Source: Macrostomum lignano (Eukaryota). From it: a stretch of DNA of 64,000 bases. Shown here piece by piece: positions 1-9,400 of the stretch. Position 1 is the stretch's first letter. Each line of letters starts with the position of its first letter. The notes beneath the pieces were generated by a model. The model ran no database searches, had not been told where the DNA came from, and saw nothing but the letters and a program-made list of their open reading frames with translations. The stretch is from positions 62,001 to 126,000 of the forward strand of contig NIVC01002320.1 of NCBI GenBank assembly GCA_002269645.1. Reading direction: 5' to 3'. Position numbers and translations under genes: made by a program.

Positions 1-766
1 TTTAAATTTTCACATTTTAACATCCCTAAAAAAGCAGAAAACTGCTTTTTAACCCCCCAATAACCTTCTTTGGCCACTCTGCCTGGGGCTGCAGCCAGTT
101 TGTAAAAATAGCCACCCCAACCTCCGCCCGCGGGCCGCTGTGTATTGAGGGGTGGTGGGTGCGCGTGTTCTGGGTTCAATGCAAGTAAAACCCCCCGCGT
201 GTTGGGGGGTTGAGTTAAATTTAATGATTCCCCCAGAACGGGGGTTGGGCTTGGGCTGAGTGTACATAGCAGTTGTACAGTGTAAATAGATAGACTGTGT
301 CGAGATTCATTTGGTTTTATTATTGGCAGCCCTGTGTATTAGTTTGGCAGTGAAATTCAATGAATTGCGAGCTTCTCTAGCAAGCAGTCGGGAAATCGGT
401 AAATTTCAAACGCTAACTGTTCCTCGAGTTTTAAACTTTGAGAGGAGAGACTTATATTGCTGGAAAGATCTTGCAACGCTGAGTTCGGGGATATAAGTTG
501 TATGCTTTAAATATGAAAAGAAAAAGCACAGAATTTAAAAAACTATTTCCATACTTCTAACTTTCTGCAAAAATTGTACTCAGTTTTGCGAGACGTAATA
601 GATAAAGTTGGGCGTATTGGAAGGGGGTCTGCCGCTGCGTATTGGAGGGTTGATTTAGATTGCGCAACCGTTTGTTTAACTTTAAATAAGACTGATACTG
701 TCTGACTGAGAAATGGTTTGCGCAATTAATTGATTCAATTAATTCAACACGCAGCTCTGTGCAGCT

Positions 767-784
767 CTAACCCTAACCCTAACC
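767..784. repeat. Interstitial telomeric-type repeat (CTAACC)3
   Basis: ctaaccctaaccctaacc seen directly. Confidence 0.9.
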
Positions 785-2710
785 AATGAATTCTGAGAGT
801 TAAGTTCTTTTTGACAGAGAAAATTTCGATTGAGTCCAGTTTCACGGAGTATTCTGATGGTTTTCGGTTTCACGGAGAGGATTTCTTTTTCGTGGAGAGA
901 ATCTAGATGTATTTCTGTTTTACGGAGACGATTTTGATGGATGTCAGTTTCACTCAGAGGATTTCCATGGAGCCCAGTTTCACGGAGAGGATTTCTGTTT
1001 CGCGGATTGGATTTCGAAAGGAGTCCAGTTTCACGGAGAGGGTTTCTGTTTCGCGGAGAGGATTTCTGTTTCGCGGAGAGGATTTCTGTTTCGCGGAGAG
1101 GATTTCTGTTTCGCGGAGAGGATTTCTGTTTCACGGAGGGATTTTGATGGATTTGGTATCTTCAGTCAGTCAGTAAAGAGAGTAAAGAGAAGAGTGAAAA
1201 GAGAAGAGAGAAGAGATTATAGAAAAGAGAGTAGAGATGAGAGAGGACAGATTAGACATGACAGATGGGAGAGAAGAGGGGAGTAAGGCGGGAACGAAGA
1301 GGGAGAGAAAAGAAAAGAGGAGAGAGGAGATGAGAGTGAAGATATGAGATAGCAGAGGGAGACAGGAGAGATGAGAGGAGAGAGAAGAGAGGAGCTGAGA
1401 GTAGAGGAGAAAGAAATAGTGAGATGAGGCATGAGGGATGAGAGATGAGAGAGGAGAGAAGAGAGGAGAGAGGAGAAAACAGGGGATAAAGGAGACAGGA
1501 GAGAAAGACGAAAGACGAGGGAGAAGAGATAAATAAGGTGGTAGAGATGAGAGACGTGAGAGGAGAGAAAAGAGAAGAGAGGAGACAGAAGAATCTGAGT
1601 CTGGACAATGGCAGTCAGTTTTTGCGAACAGGGAAAACAAGATATGGTTTTATGGCTTTACAGAGGATTTGGAGATGATTTGGAAGATGGGATTCAAGTC
1701 ATGGAATTTGAGCTGATGGATTTCAGGGAATGGAATTCCGGTGATGGGAGTTCTTCCCCTTTCTCCTCCAGAGGAGGAGTTGGCCTCGTCCTCCTAATAC
1801 TAAAACTGACGCGATGTTTGTCTGTCTGTATGTATGTATGTAGTAAGTGAACTCCTACAATTCTGCCAAGTCAGCGTTGAAACTTATATGGGAAAACTGC
1901 AAATTTTCCGGAGCAGGCTTTAGGCTATTTTAATTTTTAATTTTCACATTTTAACATCCCTAAAAAAGCAGAAAACTGCTTTTTTAACCCCCAATAACCT
2001 TCTTTGGCCACTCTGCCTGGGGCTGCAGCCAGTTTGTAAAAATAGCCACCCCAACCTCCGCCCGCGGGCCGCTGTGTATTGAGGGGTGGTGGGTGCGCGT
2101 GTTCTGCGTTCAATGCAAATAAAACCCCCGCGTGTTGGGGGTTAAGTTCAATTTAATGATTCACCCAGACTGGGGGGTTGGGCTTGGGCTGAGTGTACAT
2201 AGCAGTTGTACAGTGTAAACAGATATACTGTGTCGAGATTCAATTGGTTTTATTATTGGCGCCTTTTTTATATAGGCAGCCTATTGCGAGCTTCTCTAGC
2301 AAGCAGTCGGGAAATCGGTAAATTTCAAACGCTAACTGTTCCTCGAGTTTTAAACTTTGAGAGGAGAAACTTATATTGCTGGAAAGATCTTGCAATGCTG
2401 AGTTCGGGGATATAAGTTGTTTGCTTTAAATATGAAAAGAAAAAGCACAGCATTTAAAAAACTATTTCCATACTTTTAACTTTCTGCAAAAATTATACTC
2501 AGTTTTGCGAGACGTAATAGATAAAGTTGGGGGAAGGGTTCAACTTCTCCCTGCTGCTGTGTATTGGAGGGTTGATTTAGATTGCACAATGTTTTTGTTA
2601 ACTTTAACTGAGACTGATACTGACTGACTGTGAAATCGGTTGCGCAATGAATTGATTCAATTAGTTCAATATTTTTATCAGTGCCTTTTAACACGAAGCT
2701 GTGCGTAGTT

Positions 2711-2746
2711 CTAACCCTAACCCTAACCCTAACCCTAACCCTAACC
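2711..2746. repeat. Interstitial telomeric-type repeat (CTAACC)6
   Basis: Six exact hexamers at the position equivalent to 767-784 in the second unit. Confidence 0.95.
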
Positions 2747-3776
2747 AATGAATCCGGAGAGTTGAGTTGTTTGACGGAAAAAATTCGATTGAGTCCAGTT
2801 TAGCGGAGACGATTTCAATGTTTTAATTTTGACGGAGAGGATTTCTGTTTCGTGGAGAGGATTTCAATGGTGTTCAGTTTCACGGAGTGGATTTCGATGA
2901 TGTTCAGCTTCACGGAGAGGATTTCTGTTTCGCGGAGATAATTAATGATTGATTTCTGTTTTATGGAGACGATTTTGATGGATTTAAGTTTCAAGGAGAT
3001 AATTTCGAAGGAGTCCAGTTTCACTGAGAGGATTTCGAAGGAGTCCAGTTTCACGGAGAGAATTTCGATGGTTTTCAGTTGCACGGACAGGATTTCTGCT
3101 TCGCGGAGAAGATCTTGATAGATTTGGCATCTTCAATCAGTCAGAGAAGAGAGTAAAGAGAAGAATGAAAAGAGAAGAGAGATGAGATGATAGAAAACAG
3201 AGTAGAAATGAGTGGAGAAATTAGACATGACAGATGGGAGAAAAGAGGGGAGTAAGGCGGGAACGAAGGAGAGAGAAGAGAAGAGGAGAGAGGAGATGAA
3301 GGGAGAGGATATGAGAGAGGAGATATGAGATAGCAGAGAGGAGACAGGAGAGAGAAGAAAGGAGGGATAAGAGCGTACAGAGGCAATAGAAGAGAGGAAA
3401 GAGAGGAGAGAGGTGAGAGGTGAGAGGAGAGAGATGAAAGATCAGAGATCAGAGATGTAAGAGAAGAAAGTAGTGAGGAGAAAGAAGAGGGTAAAGATGA
3501 GAGTGCAGAGAGGAGAGAAACGTGAGGAGACAGGTGGTAGAAAGGAGTGTAAAAACAGCAGATAAGAAAGGGGAGGGTGAGAGTGAGAGCATATAGGGAA
3601 GTGTAAAAGGGGAGCAGAGGAGAGAGAATAGATAAGTGAGTAGAGAAGAGATATGAGAGAGGAGAGAAAAGGGGAGAGATAAGATAGAAGATAGGAGAGT
3701 AGACAGGAGAGGGTACAGACGAAAGACGAGGGAGAAGAGATAAATAAGGTAGTAGAGATAAATAAGAGAGTAGGGG

Positions 3777-3992
3777 TGTAGTGAGTTGCAAGTGTACTTG
3801 TATGCGCCAGTCGCTAGAGCGGGGTGGGGGTTGCTATTGTACAGCATGTACGTGCTTTTCACCCACCCCTGTCTCTATCTTTTATACCCAGTTATGTAAC
3901 AATCGTTGTATCGTATTTAACCTGCGTATCGATCTAATAAACGCCAAGAGGCTTCGTCAACTCTCAGTTGTATCTCTCTGCCTTAGTCTACA
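3777..3992 (+). repeat. 5' LTR (216 bp)
   Basis: TGTAG...CTACA terminal inverted repeat, an internal AATAAA, and a PBS 2 nt downstream. Only one copy is present, so the 5' boundary rests on the TIR. Confidence 0.75.
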
Positions 3993-3994
3993 AC

Positions 3995-4008
3995 TGGTAG
4001 CAGAGCAA
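3995..4008 (+). promoter_or_regulatory. Primer-binding site for animal initiator tRNA-Met
   Basis: TGGTAGCAGAGCAA is complementary to the 3' end of invertebrate tRNA-iMet (...UUGCUCUGCUACCA). Confidence 0.85.
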
Positions 4009-4019
4009 ATTATTCTAGA

Positions 4020-4829
4020 ATGGCTGAGAAAGGTTTGACCGCCAGTGCAGCGCTGCCCAGAGTTTTCAGTACCGGCAACTTTAAGGAATGGCTGCAGCGT
4101 TTCAATGTATGCGCAAAAGTCAACAAGTGGGACACGTGCAAAGCGGAGCGACTGGCCACATTTTTGGATGGCGAGGCTCTCGTCGTTTATTTGGAACTGT
4201 CGGCAGGAGATCAGGCAGACTACGACAAAGTAGTCCAGGCATTGGATGATGCATTCCACCCGAACCGCGAGCACTTCGCCGTCATGGAGGCGTTCAAATC
4301 AAGGAAGATTTTGTCGAATGAGACTCCACGCATGTATCTTTACGAGTTAAAGAAGATGCTCAAAAGCTCCTCCGTGGACAACAAAGATGCTCAAGAGGCT
4401 CTGCTGTTCCATCAGTTCGTCTGTGGCCTTCCCGAATCCGTGAGCTGGCAGATTCGCGCGGACTCCAGCGTTAAGACCTCAGAGCAAGCGCTTCAAAAGG
4501 CCCAGCTACTGATGCAGCACAGCTCGCCAAGAATCCCAGCAGCAGCGGTGCAACCTCAGTCGAGCCAATCCAGCGAAGTTCAGGAGCTGCGGGACACTGT
4601 GCAGAGTCTGGAGGCATCGGTGAGCACCCTGAGTTCCCAGCTGCAGCAGCTGGCAGCCTGTGGAGTGAGGACGAGCAGCACAACGAGACCGCAGCACCGT
4701 TCGAAGTCTGACATCATCTGCTACAACTGCCACAAGGCCGGCCACATTGCCAGAGATTGCTACAGCAGGCGACAGCCGGGAAACGCCAGAGGCTGGGGTG
4801 TGCGGGCCCGCAACCCCGGCCAGCAGTAA
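4020..4829 (+). CDS. gag: Gypsy Gag with CCHC zinc knuckle
   Basis: 269-aa ORF with CYNCHKAGHIARDC and an N-terminal WLQRF...W...LATFL.GEAL capsid-like segment. Confidence 0.92.
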   Translation: MAEKGLTASAALPRVFSTGNFKEWLQRFNVCAKVNKWDTCKAERLATFLDGEALVVYLELSAGDQADYDKVVQALDDAFHPNREHFAVMEAFKSRKILSNETPRMYLYELKKMLKSSSVDNKDAQEALLFHQFVCGLPESVSWQIRADSSVKTSEQALQKAQLLMQHSSPRIPAAAVQPQSSQSSEVQELRDTVQSLEASVSTLSSQLQQLAACGVRTSSTTRPQHRSKSDIICYNCHKAGHIARDCYSRRQPGNARGWGVRARNPGQQ

Positions 4830-4839
4830 CTGCGGGCCC
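4778..4839 (+). promoter_or_regulatory. Programmed -1 ribosomal frameshift signal (slippery heptamer plus H-type pseudoknot)
   Basis: G GGA AAC at 4778-4784 in the gag frame and a 6-nt spacer. Stem1 4791-4799/4813-4821, stem2 4804-4812/4831-4839. pol lies in the -1 frame. Confidence 0.85.
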
Positions 4840-7800
4840 AGCAGCAGCGGCTTCAAGGCCGGCGCTCACAGTCGGCGGGATCTTCGACGGATGCAGCGTC
4901 GCGCCCGACCGACTATCGCAGTGTGAGTGCAAGCTTGATGGCAGAAGTGTGAAGGCGCTGTTAGACACCGGAAGCCAGTGCTCACTAGTTGAGTCCAGCA
5001 TCCTGACAAAATCCCAGCTCAGACAGGCAACTGCAGCCAGAGTGCAACTTCATTCAGTGAACAAGCAGCCAATTAGCATAGAACGGCAAATCGAATTGCC
5101 ACTTACAGTCGGTGGAGTGACAGCCCGGCAATTGTTTTTCGTTGTGTCAGGTTTGGTCTGCCCTGTCATTGTTGGAGTCGACTTCATCGGCAAGCATAAT
5201 TTGCAACTGGACTTCACAGGATCTTCACAAGAAGCCGGCCAAGTCTGCAGCACCAGATTCCAGGCTGACACCGACGATCCAGTTGACATCGAAGACGCAC
5301 TCGTCCCCGAGTTCAGCTGTGAAGAGTTCGAGTTGCCGACTACCGACGACCCTGATGTACAACGGCTGCTGGTGGAGTTCAAAGACTTGTTCAAGAAAAA
5401 GCCGGGACTAACTCATCTGCAACAGCATCGAATTGTTCTCTCGGATGAAGTACCTGTCCGAGTGCCACCGCGCCGCATGCCTGTGCATTACCGGGAGAAG
5501 GTAGAGCAGCTGATTCAGGAACTGCTGGAGAACGACGTGATAGAGCTGAGCGAAAGTCCGTACGTGGCCCCACCGGTGTACGTGACAAAGAAGGATGGCA
5601 GTCTCCGCCTGACCATAGACTATCGAGAGATCAACAAGAAGACTATTCGCTCTGCACAGGGAATTCCGTTGATGGAGGAGGCAAGAGATCGAATCGCAGG
5701 CAGTTCAGTGTTCTCTGTGTTGGATCTCAATGGAGGCTATTTTCAAATTCCGATGGCGGAAGAAGACAAGCTAAAAACTGCTTTCTGTCCGGGACCAGGG
5801 ATGCCGCTGTACCAATTTAAGAGAATGCCCCAAGGTCTGTCGGGGGCCCAAGCACATTCTGCATGCTAATGTCAAAAGTTTTCAACGGCTGCGATTTCAT
5901 CTTCACGTTCTTCGATGACAGCCTGTGCTTCTCAAAGACCAAGTCGGATCATCTGCGGCAACTTCGAGAGACCTTCGAGCGATTTCGAGCAGCCGGACTG
6001 ACATTAAGAGGCTCCAAGTGCAAGATCGCGGTACCCGAAGTGACCTTTCTCGGCACACGGTATTCAAAGGATGGTGCCCAGCCCAGCCAGGAGAAGCTGG
6101 AGGCAATTCAGCAGTGGAGAGAGCCGAGGTCAGCCAAGGAGGTGCGTCAGTTCATCGGCCTGTGCAACCAATACCGACGCCATGTAGCCAACTTCGCTGC
6201 CATCGCCGCACCGCTGCACCATCTGACTGGCAAGGGCGTTCCATTTGACTGGACTTCGGAATGCCAGACGGCCTTCGACGAGCTCAAAAGGTGCCTAATT
6301 AGTCCTCCGATCCTGGTGAACCCGGATTTCACTAAGGAGTTCTCAGTCTTCACGGATGCCAGTGGCAGCGGAGTCGGTGCAATTCTGAAGCAAGGCGAGG
6401 CGGTGATCGAGTTCTCAAGCCGCGCATTCAATTCAGCTGAGAAGAAATACTCTGCAACAGAAAAGGAGTGCCTGGCCATCTTGCACGCATTCAAAGTTTT
6501 TCGCCACTATCTTCTCGGCAAGCATTTCACGGTGCACACGGATCACTGCCCGCTCACCTACATCGATTCACAGAGAGTTGACAGCTACGGCAGGCTAGGA
6601 CGATGGCGTCTGCTGCTTCAAGAGTTCGACTTCACCGTCAAGTACCGAAGAGGCGTTGAGAACTCAGATGCTGACGCGCTGTCCAGACTGCACGGCCAAG
6701 AAGTCGCAGCTACGCAGCTGACTCCGGAAATCGACACTGAAGAGCTCAAAACTGCGCAGCGACATGACCCGGAGCTCAGCCAGGTGATTCAGGCGATGGA
6801 CAAGGACGCAGAAATTGCACCCAGATGGCGAGCAGGACCACTGCAGCAACTCGGCAGAATCTGGAAGAAGCTAAAGCTGGATGATGACGGTGTTCTACTG
6901 CGCAAGTTCAATGACCCGGACGGCCTGCGGGAGGTTCCAGTGGTGCCAGCGCGGCTTCGACAACAGTTTTTGACCAACGCTCACGAAGGTCTGGGAGGTC
7001 ATTTCGGAGCCGAGAAATGCTACCGCACACTGAAACTGACCGCCTACTGGCCCGGCATGGCTGAAGACATCGTGCAACACTGCCAGAGTTGTTCTGTCTG
7101 TCAGGAGAAGAAAGCGGGCTCGCGGACCAGCGCGCCACTCGGAGAACTGCCAATCGGCTCGCCGTGGGATTCTGTGGCTATCGACATCGTCAAGGTGGCG
7201 CCATCATCGCGCGGCAACAAATACCTGCTGGTGGCTCAGGATCAGTTTTCCAAGTACCTGACGGCCGTGGCGATTCCTGACCAGACTGCTGAGACTACTG
7301 CTCGCGCCTTCCTCTCCATCTGCTCCCAGCCTGGACTTCCCCGAGTCATCCACTCCGATCAAGGACCGAATTTCGAGTCTCAGCTTTTTCAAGACACTCT
7401 GCGAGGCCTGGGAGTCACGAAGACAAGAACAACGGCTTACAATCCCAAAGGCAACGGATTAGCGGAGTCGGGCAACAAGTCAGTGCTGCAGTTACTCAGG
7501 TGTTTCACCGAGCGAGAGAGCGAGTGGGAGGACAAGCTGCCACTGATCCTGCTGTCCTACAATTCCCGGGTGCACTGCTCAACACAGCTGCCGCCACTGA
7601 AGGTGTTCACCGGGCGCGATCCGAGCCTGCCGGTCATCAGCCAGCAGTCCAGGCGATTCTATGACGTGCGCACCTACGCCGACAAGCTCGAGGGCGACCT
7701 GCTGCGAATTCGAGAGTTTGTCGAGGAGCATCTGGTGCAGGCGGCTGGCGAGCAAAAGAGCGGCTACGACAGGTCGACCGGGCAGCTGCGCATGTTCAGT

Positions 7801-8097
7801 CCTGGAGACGAGGTCCTGCTGCGCATCGAGCTGGCGCCTTACTGGGAGCCGGGCTGGCAGGTGCTGTCGCAGCGGGATCTGGTAGTCGAAATCCAAAAGA
7901 TCGAGAACGGCCGGACCCGCAGGGTGAGTGTGAATCGTCTGCGGCCGCGGATCCTGCCAGTCCCTGACGGAGAGCGCTTCCTGCAGCCGCCCTTTGCGCA
8001 CGCGGCGCACGGCGGCGATGAGGCGGACGAGGAGCCGCCCCCGAGACGCTACCCGGTGCGTAGGCGGATGCCGGTGGATCGCTATGTGGCCGGTTGA
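4778..8097 (+). CDS. pol: Gypsy Pol (protease, RT, RNase H, integrase) with one 1-nt frameshift at ~5847-5849
   Basis: LLDTGS protease; TIDYREIN, VLDLNGGY, MPQGL and FFDD in RT; FTDASG, EKECLA and TDH in RNase H; HHCC and D-D-E (AIDI, SDQG, AES) in integrase. Adding one C to the C run at 5847-5849 restores MPQGLSGAPSTFCMLM. Confidence 0.93.
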
Positions 8098-8129
8098 ATT
8101 TTTGATTGACTCAGTGACTGTTCGACTGA

Positions 8130-8500
8130 CTGTTGCGAATTATTTGAAAGCGAGAAATTCTTCGATGCAATAAAGAAGAGACATGAAAAGAAGCGAAACA
8201 ATATTTTGGCTCATAACAATGCTCCGATCGCTGTGTCAAACTTATCTAACCGGAAGCTAACCATCGTTGAGAAACACGCACTGCGCTTTGGCCTTCGCAA
8301 TCCAGCACTTCCCATGAAGATCAGAACCAACAGGATCCAAACTGAAGTGGAATGGATGGTAAGCAAATGTTATTCTGAGAAGCATTTAGATGAAAATGTT
8401 CAACTTGAGCCCAGAACTAAGCATAAGATTATTGCGGCTACCGAAAACTTTTTGACCTGGCCTGCAAATATGTTTACAGCAATGCCAATTCTGAGAAGCC
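8130..8500 (+). mobile_element. Penelope-like element, N-terminal ORF fragment
   Basis: KKRHEKK..N.L...VSNLSNRKLT..EK.AL.FGL resembles PLE N-termini; 8182-8330 is nearly identical, inverted, to 21505-21654, which is joined to PLE RT. Confidence 0.75.
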
Positions 8501-9204
8501 ACCGATGGTGCAGCTGTTTGCGAAAACCTTCAACACACACAATCGAAAAAGATAAAACGGCCCGATTGGGGGCCACCACACGCAAAATTACTCAGACGAG
8601 ATAGGAAAAAGAAGGATTATTGTGATTTTTTATGCATAAATCTGACAAGTTCTTTCAGACTGCTCAATGTAGGAGTAGTTCTAATAGAAGTAACAAATTA
8701 TGAGTTTGCTTGTAGATTCTCAATGAGGTGCAGAGTTTGATATTCGTCCAAGTTGAATTTTGAGTTGCATAAATAGAAAATCATTGGCCCGCACCGACGC
8801 TGCTATGTTCTGCGAGCCTCATCAAGCAACAGGCTTCACCCAAGGCACCCCAGCCAGCAGAACCATATGCGATAACTTCATCATTTACGAGAGAGTCTGA
8901 CCCCGAGCCGCTTTATAGATTCTGTGGACTCGATATGGCAGCAATTTCTGATAATGATCAACACAAAAATAATAAAGTAACGAATATTGATATAGCAACC
9001 ATCACAGTGAGCTATTTAAAAGCATATATTATGAAATTACTAATCGCGCAGCACACTCAAATCTCATCTCGAAATTTTAGAAACTTCATTCATGCGATGC
9101 ATTTAGAAATCACACTCTGTAGCTCTATATAGTACTCATAGTAGCTATTTACCCTAATTTGTTGGTCTTTTTGTTAGTCTTTTAAAACCTTACATAAATT
9201 GCAC

Positions 9205-9290
9205 TTGTGTTCCACCAATGACAAATGAGATTAGCGGCATTAAACCGTCAATCCGCGCCAAACACGTGCAGTTTAACCCAGGAGAGAAAT
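9205..9290 (+). promoter_or_regulatory. Putative proximal promoter of the receptor gene (CCAAT and CACGTG kept in all three copies)
   Basis: CCACCAATG and AAACACGTGCAG lie ~130-190 nt before the ATG in each copy. The conservation could simply reflect recent duplication. Confidence 0.3.
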
Positions 9291-9400
9291 TTCGCAACCG
9301 AGCCAGCAGTTTTCACTCCAAAGCACAGCTGCTGCTGCTGCTGCTGTTTCAGTTGCCAAGGAAATCAAACACTGAAAGCTGCTCTTCCTCATCAGCTGTC

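Larger units (their letters stand above)
1..3776. repeat. Tandem duplication of a ~1.93-kb composite unit (1-~1934 and ~1935-3776): unique arm, (CCCTAA)n, ~20-nt minisatellite, GA-rich tract
   Basis: TTTTCACATTTTAACATCCC recurs at 7 and 1941 (offset 1934), and the same block order follows in both copies. Confidence 0.9.
3777..8130 (+). mobile_element. Ty3/Gypsy LTR retrotransposon, 3' LTR missing
   Basis: LTR, PBS, gag, then pol in the order PR-RT-RH-IN. No PPT or second LTR follows the pol stop; the sequence runs into a Penelope-like fragment. Confidence 0.95.

Noticed and set aside
1810-1935. (GTCT/GTAT)n plus a short flank as a Helentron/DINE-like terminus (similarly 51289-52260)
   Set aside because: I could not identify subterminal inverted repeats or a hairpin with confidence.
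3760-3776. Purine run AAATAAGAGAGTAGGGG before the LTR as a polypurine tract (shared-LTR tandem)
   Set aside because: The whole flank is GA-rich and AGATAAATAAG is locally duplicated. No integrase end lies upstream.
739-3862. ORF-track proteins rich in S/L or RGFLFRGE repeats
   Set aside because: Translations of the minisatellite and GA-rich tracts, with no splice or domain support.
4045-8010. Overlapping and antisense ORFs within gag-pol
   Set aside because: Expected shadows of a GC-rich coding region.
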